Part shown: in pieces, positions 59,543-64,000 of the stretch
How the letters are laid out: each line of letters starts with the position of its first letter
How positions within the stretch are numbered: position 1 is the stretch's first letter
IMG/VR virus record: IMGVR_UViG_3300045125_000172
Coordinates: 8,244 to 72,243 of that record
Reading direction: 5' to 3' (one strand)
Length of the DNA: 64,000 nt
Source of the DNA: a virus
Translations under genes and position numbers: made by a program
Notes under the pieces: generated by a model
Databases searched by the model: none
The model's input: the letters and a program-made list of their open reading frames with translations, nothing else
What the model was told of the DNA's origin: nothing

Positions 59543-59826
59543 TCAGCCGTTTGTATGGGCCTTGAGGCGACGAACAACTTCAGCCATAGCCTCGACGTTA
59601 TCAACCGTCTTAGCAGGCTTCGCACGTTCCATAGCGGGCAGTTCACTCACCTTCTTAGCCAGATCGGCCTTTACGCGAGCGTAACGAGCCGCTGTACTTG
59701 CAACCTTCTGACCAGTCTTAGCTAGCAATCTCAGCATAAGTCTTGCTGCTAAAAACAGCCTCAAGAAACTGCCTCATCGCTGCAACGAACACGACTCTGC
59801 TTCTCAACATTACTAACTTCAGCCAT
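59543..59826 (-). CDS. Small basic early protein (frameshifted)
   Basis: MAEVSNVEKQSRVRCSD..KTYAEIASKTGQKVAST; follows a sigma70 promoter. Confidence 0.5.
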
Positions 59827-59904
59827 AATCAACCTCCAAATCTTAAAACACCAACCGTCTTAGCAATTCAGTCACGCGACTGATCCTCTTGCCTCGACTC
59901 ATCT

Positions 59905-59932
59905 ATTCTATCATGCTTTATCGGCTTGTCAA
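59905..59932 (-). promoter_or_regulatory. Sigma70-type promoter
   Basis: TTGACA-AGCCGATAAAGCATGA-TAGAAT (N16). Confidence 0.78.
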
Positions 59933-60051
59933 CAGGCCAACTTGAATTTTTTGTTTTCTCTTGCCAAAGATTTTTTCATAATTTTTATCCCAAACTTTCC
60001 AAGACACTCCTTTTTTTCTAGGAGAATCTCCTTTACCGTTTTGGCTCATAT

Positions 60052-60759
60052 TTATGACTCCAATACAAATGACCAGTATCGGCTATCATCTTTCTTTTGA
60101 AGACTATCCCAATAAATAGACCGAGCAATATAAGATGGAATATTATTCTTTCCACAATTAATCATCCAATGACGCTCCGCTTTCTTGTAAGTGGCTGATC
60201 CAATCTTACTTTTATTATACTTCAAATGCTCCATATCGTAAAGTCTAAGCATGATGAACATCCAAGCACAATGCTCTAGCCTCGTTAGGATGAATCATTT
60301 CCAAGGGCAAAACTAACCTTAGCCAAACCGATACCATTAATCTTATTCACAATTTCATCACGCTTCTTAACATGACCCTTCTTGGTTGTAAAATAAAAGT
60401 CTTTTGGATTATCCCAAAACTTTGTGGCAAAATCCCAAATATACTTTGTGCGATTATTGTGTAGACCAACACCACTCTTGTGCAATTTTTCTTTCAGAAT
60501 ATTTTCATCATCAATCCACTCGTCAAAATTCTTGATAGCATCGTAGCCTTTAACATTACCCTGCCAAGTAGTATGAACGCTTGTATATAGGCAAACAAAT
60601 AGCGACGAAAAATATCCTCAACATTTTGTGGACGTACACTTTCCCAATATTCCTTGTATGAAACTACCTTCTCTCTAGGAAAAGTAGCAAAAAAATATCA
60701 GCCTTGGTCTTATCAAGAGTGGTATTTTGAATCTGAATTACTGTGTTCTCAACAATCAT
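60052..60759 (-). CDS. HhH-GPD superfamily (DNA glycosylase-like) protein, frameshifted
   Basis: SGVGLHNNRTKYI; VNKINGIGLAKVSFALEM (HhH); CLDVH..RL (catalytic-Asp region). Confidence 0.6.
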
Positions 60760-60784
60760 AATTATCTCCAATGGGTATGCAACG

Positions 60785-60813
60785 ATTCTACACTAGGGGT
60801 ATCGGTTTGTCAA
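60785..60813 (-). promoter_or_regulatory. Sigma70-type promoter
   Basis: TTGACA-AACCGATACCCCTAGTG-TAGAAT (N17). Confidence 0.8.
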
Positions 60814-60891
60814 GACCCGTTTCTTTAGTGTGAGGAATCTAAAACTTTTTGAAGTGTATTATATAATATGGTCTATTAAAGAGGATTTCAT

Positions 60892-61526
60892 ATGAAAAAA
60901 CAATGTAGTGCATGTGGTGAATATAAAATTGCTAATAGTAAAAATTTTCATAAAAGCAAAACTATAAGTACGGACTTCATCCATATTGTAAAATATGTCA
61001 GAAATCTAAAGATCAAAAAAGATACAAAAAATAATAGTAATAAAATAAAAGAAAGAGTTAAGCAGAGGAGGCAGGATTATCCAGAAAAATTAAAAGAGGA
61101 GGGGGCAAAAATATTATCGTAAAAATAAAACAAAATTACTCAAAAAAAGTATAGAATATCGTCAAAGACCAGAAAGAAAAAAGAATGAGAGAGATACATC
61201 AATATAGAATGAAAAACGATACTTTGTATAAATTAAGACATATATTAAGATCTAGAATAAGTAAAGCATTTATAAGAAAAACAGAAAAAAAGCCGAGATA
61301 TTTTAGGTTGTTCTATTGAAGAAGTTCGTAAACATTTAGAAAATCAATTCACCGAAAAAATGTCTTGGAATAATCATGGATCTTACTGGGAGATAGATCA
61401 TATAATACCGTTAGCCTCTGCCAAAGATCAGAAAAAACTCAGAAAATTATGTCATTACTCTAATCTTCAACCCCTAGAATCTAGTAAAAATAGAGAAAAG
61501 GGTGCAAGATTAGATTGGAAAAATAA
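60892..61526 (+). mobile_element. Free-standing HNH endonuclease, antisense to the ligase (frameshifted)
   Basis: CSACGEYK..NFHK; LGCSIEEVRKHLENQF..MSWNNHG..WEIDHIIPL..LCHYSNLQPL..NREKG. Confidence 0.8.
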
Positions 61527-62842
61527 TTAAATGTCTCTTGCTTCTCCATATAGATACTTAAAGGTCGGGAAGCGAAGGCTTAATCTTTCATCCTGGTTCT
61601 TTGTCTCTTCAAAATACTGTACTTGAATAATTTTACCAAGAATCTTCTTAGGATTCTGATAAAACTCCTGCCGTTGTTCGATAGTGAAACCGCTACCAAC
61701 TCGTACAGTATATCCTTTATGCTTAATCATCACACAAGATAGCATAGTTTCTTCATGCTCTTTACCATTAAGAACATAACGAAATGGCCCCATTTCAGTA
61801 TCGATTACCTCATATTCGTCATCAAAAAACTTTTTAACTTTTAGGAGGTCTTTGCTTCGCTTACCTTTATAGGGCTCATCTGCTCGTAGCATAACGCCTT
61901 CCCAACCATAATCATGACCTCTTTTTGTCCACTCAGCAAAATGCTCATCATCTTTAATAAGTTCTTGACCAAGCACACTAAGACAAGCACAAGTATTATC
62001 TCTCATTACTTCTCGCAAGTTATTGTAGCGAATAGAATATGGACGATTCTTCTCTCCATTCTTGCTATAAAATTCATCATGTAGTCAGCATATCAAAAAT
62101 CTTAAAAGATGGATTCGGAATAGTATGATCCTTCTTCTTGAGTTGTTTCATAATTCCCTGAAAATCTTCATTACCTTCATCATCAACAAGACAAAGTTCA
62201 CCATCAAATACTACATTAGTAATGTTAAGAGCCTTAATACCGCCCCTAACGACATCAAGAGTATCAAATTCTTTTCCTGTGCGGGAATAGAAGGTAGCAT
62301 CACCATTACTATCAACAATAGCAACACATCTAGCACCATCAATCTTTCTGCTAACATACCACCCATCCTTCCAATCTACAAGTTTAGGCTCATATTTATC
62401 TGCCAGAGCAACACTAAACTCTGGAATATGGTCAGGAATTGCTTTGTTGATAATCTTGTCACCAGCACGGGTTTTCAAATCTTTATCAATTACACAATGA
62501 ATAAGTTCTTCATATTCAGAATGATGCTCAATAAAACTATTTACAGCAGCAATAGCATCATGCCCAGTAATTTTGCGACTCTTTAGATCATCCAGCAAAG
62601 TAAAGAAATTTTTATATTCATTCTTTCGTGCAACGAGATGATTTTCTTCTTTAAATTGTCGCTAGTAATATTATATTGCCACAATGGATGATAAGTATAG
62701 AGAAGAATCTTTTTAGCAAATTGTGCTGAAGAATTACTAAAAACTCGCAGTTAATCTTAATAAGATCTTCTTTATCTTTTGTGCTGCTTGTAGTTCTAAG
62801 TGCAGTCACCATATTCCAAACATAATTAAAATCGTGAGTCAT
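61527..62842 (-). CDS. ATP-dependent DNA ligase (frameshifted)
   Basis: SRKIDGARC (motif I), VFDGEL, FKIFD, WEGVMLR, LLKVKKF, VRVGSGF, LRFPTF. Confidence 0.9.
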
Positions 62843-62867
62843 CCAAATAGTCTCCTGTGTTCGCTGT

Positions 62868-62896
62868 AGTATACAGCACAGCAATCGCTTTGTCAA
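62868..62896 (-). promoter_or_regulatory. Sigma70-type promoter for the ligase
   Basis: TTGACA-AAGCGATTGCTGTGCTG-TATACT (N17). Confidence 0.8.
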
Positions 62897-62935
62897 GTAT
62901 CGACAATCCTACGTTTTTTCTTTAATCAGAAATTT

Positions 62936-63701
62936 TTACTTTTTATCTCTTAATTTTAATTTAGATCTTTCAATCCAATCTATAAATCTAGATACTCTCG
63001 TATGACCAGATTCTTCTCCATATTTTGATATTGGTGATCTTCCAACAGCCATAACACAAGAATTTATTCCTGCTAATTTACCGTCTATAAATAGTCCACC
63101 ACCACTATCTCCACTACCTATCATATATTCCAATACTGTATGATCTTTACTGCCATATTTAGAAGGAGAGCATATCAACATATCTTTATCCACACCATCA
63201 ACAATATTAGACCCTGCTCTTAATTTATTATCTGATTTAAATATACCAGTATTAAAATTTCCAGTTAATCCCCATCCTGCTATAGATGCGACTTTTCCTG
63301 TTTCATCTTCTTGTTCATATAGTGGAGGAAAATGTTCAAGATCAAAACCTTTTTTACAATATCCTATTGCTATATCGCCAGTACCAAATTCACCACCAAA
63401 ATCTTTGTGAGATATAACATCTGTCAATACAAATTGTTTGTCTCCAATTTTAGCATAACAAGTTTTGTATTTATCAACAACATGAGCCGCTGTTAATATA
63501 AAATGTTTTTCTATCAATAACACCCGACGCACAAAATGCAGAACCATCTTCATAAGTTCCACATAATTTAACAACACAGTAAAACTGTGAACCAAAATCT
63601 AAATATTTTTGATCAGATATATTTGGATCAATAGTTCCACCATAAGATAATGAATATAAACTTAATAGTATAATTACTAGGAGTCTTTTGAGTGTTAACA
63701 T
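62936..63701 (-). CDS. Secreted trypsin-like (S1) serine protease (frameshift near 63520)
   Basis: Signal peptide, ILTAAHV, GDIAI, GDSGGGL. Confidence 0.88.
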
Positions 63702-63740
63702 AATAAGCCCTCCTTAAAAATGGCTTATTAATAATACACT
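63701..63740 (-). promoter_or_regulatory. RGTGTAT motif plus hairpin overlapping the RBS and start codon
   Basis: Minus strand: AGTGTATTAT TAATAAGCC ATTTTTAAGGAG GGCTTATTA TG. Confidence 0.55.
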
Positions 63741-63743
63741 ATT

Positions 63744-64000
63744 TTAGAATAATTCTTTAATAACTTTACCAGAATTTGCTATCTTCATTGGACGCCCATT
63801 TTTTGAGGTAAAAGTAGTTTCAAGAGATATTCCTAAACTACTCAAAACACTGGCCATTAAATCTTGCGAAGAGTATGGTTCTGTAATTATTTCTTTTCCA
63901 TCTTCATTTGTGGCCCCAACAACAACACCACCCTTAAATCCTGCTCCACCAACAACAACACTCCAACTTCTTGCCCAATGATCTCTACCACCATTACCAT
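63744..64000 (-). CDS. DUF1501-family protein, C-terminal part (runs off window)
   Basis: Manual: GRDHWARSWSVVVGGAGFKGGVVVGATNEDG..DLMASVLSSLGI..GRPMKIANSGKVIKELF*. Confidence 0.8.
   Translation of the reverse strand, partial: GNGGRDHWARSWSVVVGGAGFKGGVVVGATNEDGKEIITEPYSSQDLMASVLSSLGISLETTFTSKNGRPMKIANSGKVIKELF

Overview
64 kb fragment of a large, AT-rich tailed-phage genome, almost all encoded on the minus strand. A DUF1501-type gene at the right edge points to a Planctomycetota/PVC host (inference). From left to right: (1) replication and recombination genes: ssb, a DnaE-type polymerase split into two genes with a DnaQ-like exonuclease between them and an HNH-bearing intein in the C-half, a Cas4-like nuclease, dNMP kinase, primase, DnaB and RecA; (2) nucleotide metabolism: PhoH, class II RNR, dCMP deaminase; (3) membrane/lysis-like and virion genes, including a tail fibre; (4) DeoC-like, ClpP-like, phage sigma factor, PAP2 and bacterioferritin-like genes; (5) a ~12.6 kb nucleotide-sugar/glycosyltransferase cluster; (6) SET, nucleoside-deoxyribosyltransferase-like, macrodomain, subtilase and actin-like genes, then RuvB; (7) a less AT-rich probable early region with strong sigma70 promoters, rIIA/rIIB, a minimal kinase, a tRNA-Leu(UAA) with a 200-nt group I intron abutting an antisense HNH gene, DNA ligase and a trypsin-like protease. 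Many genes are broken by single-base indels, often in homopolymers. These look like long-read errors, so gene boundaries were reconstructed by eye across frames and are approximate. All family calls come from motif recognition; no database search was run.
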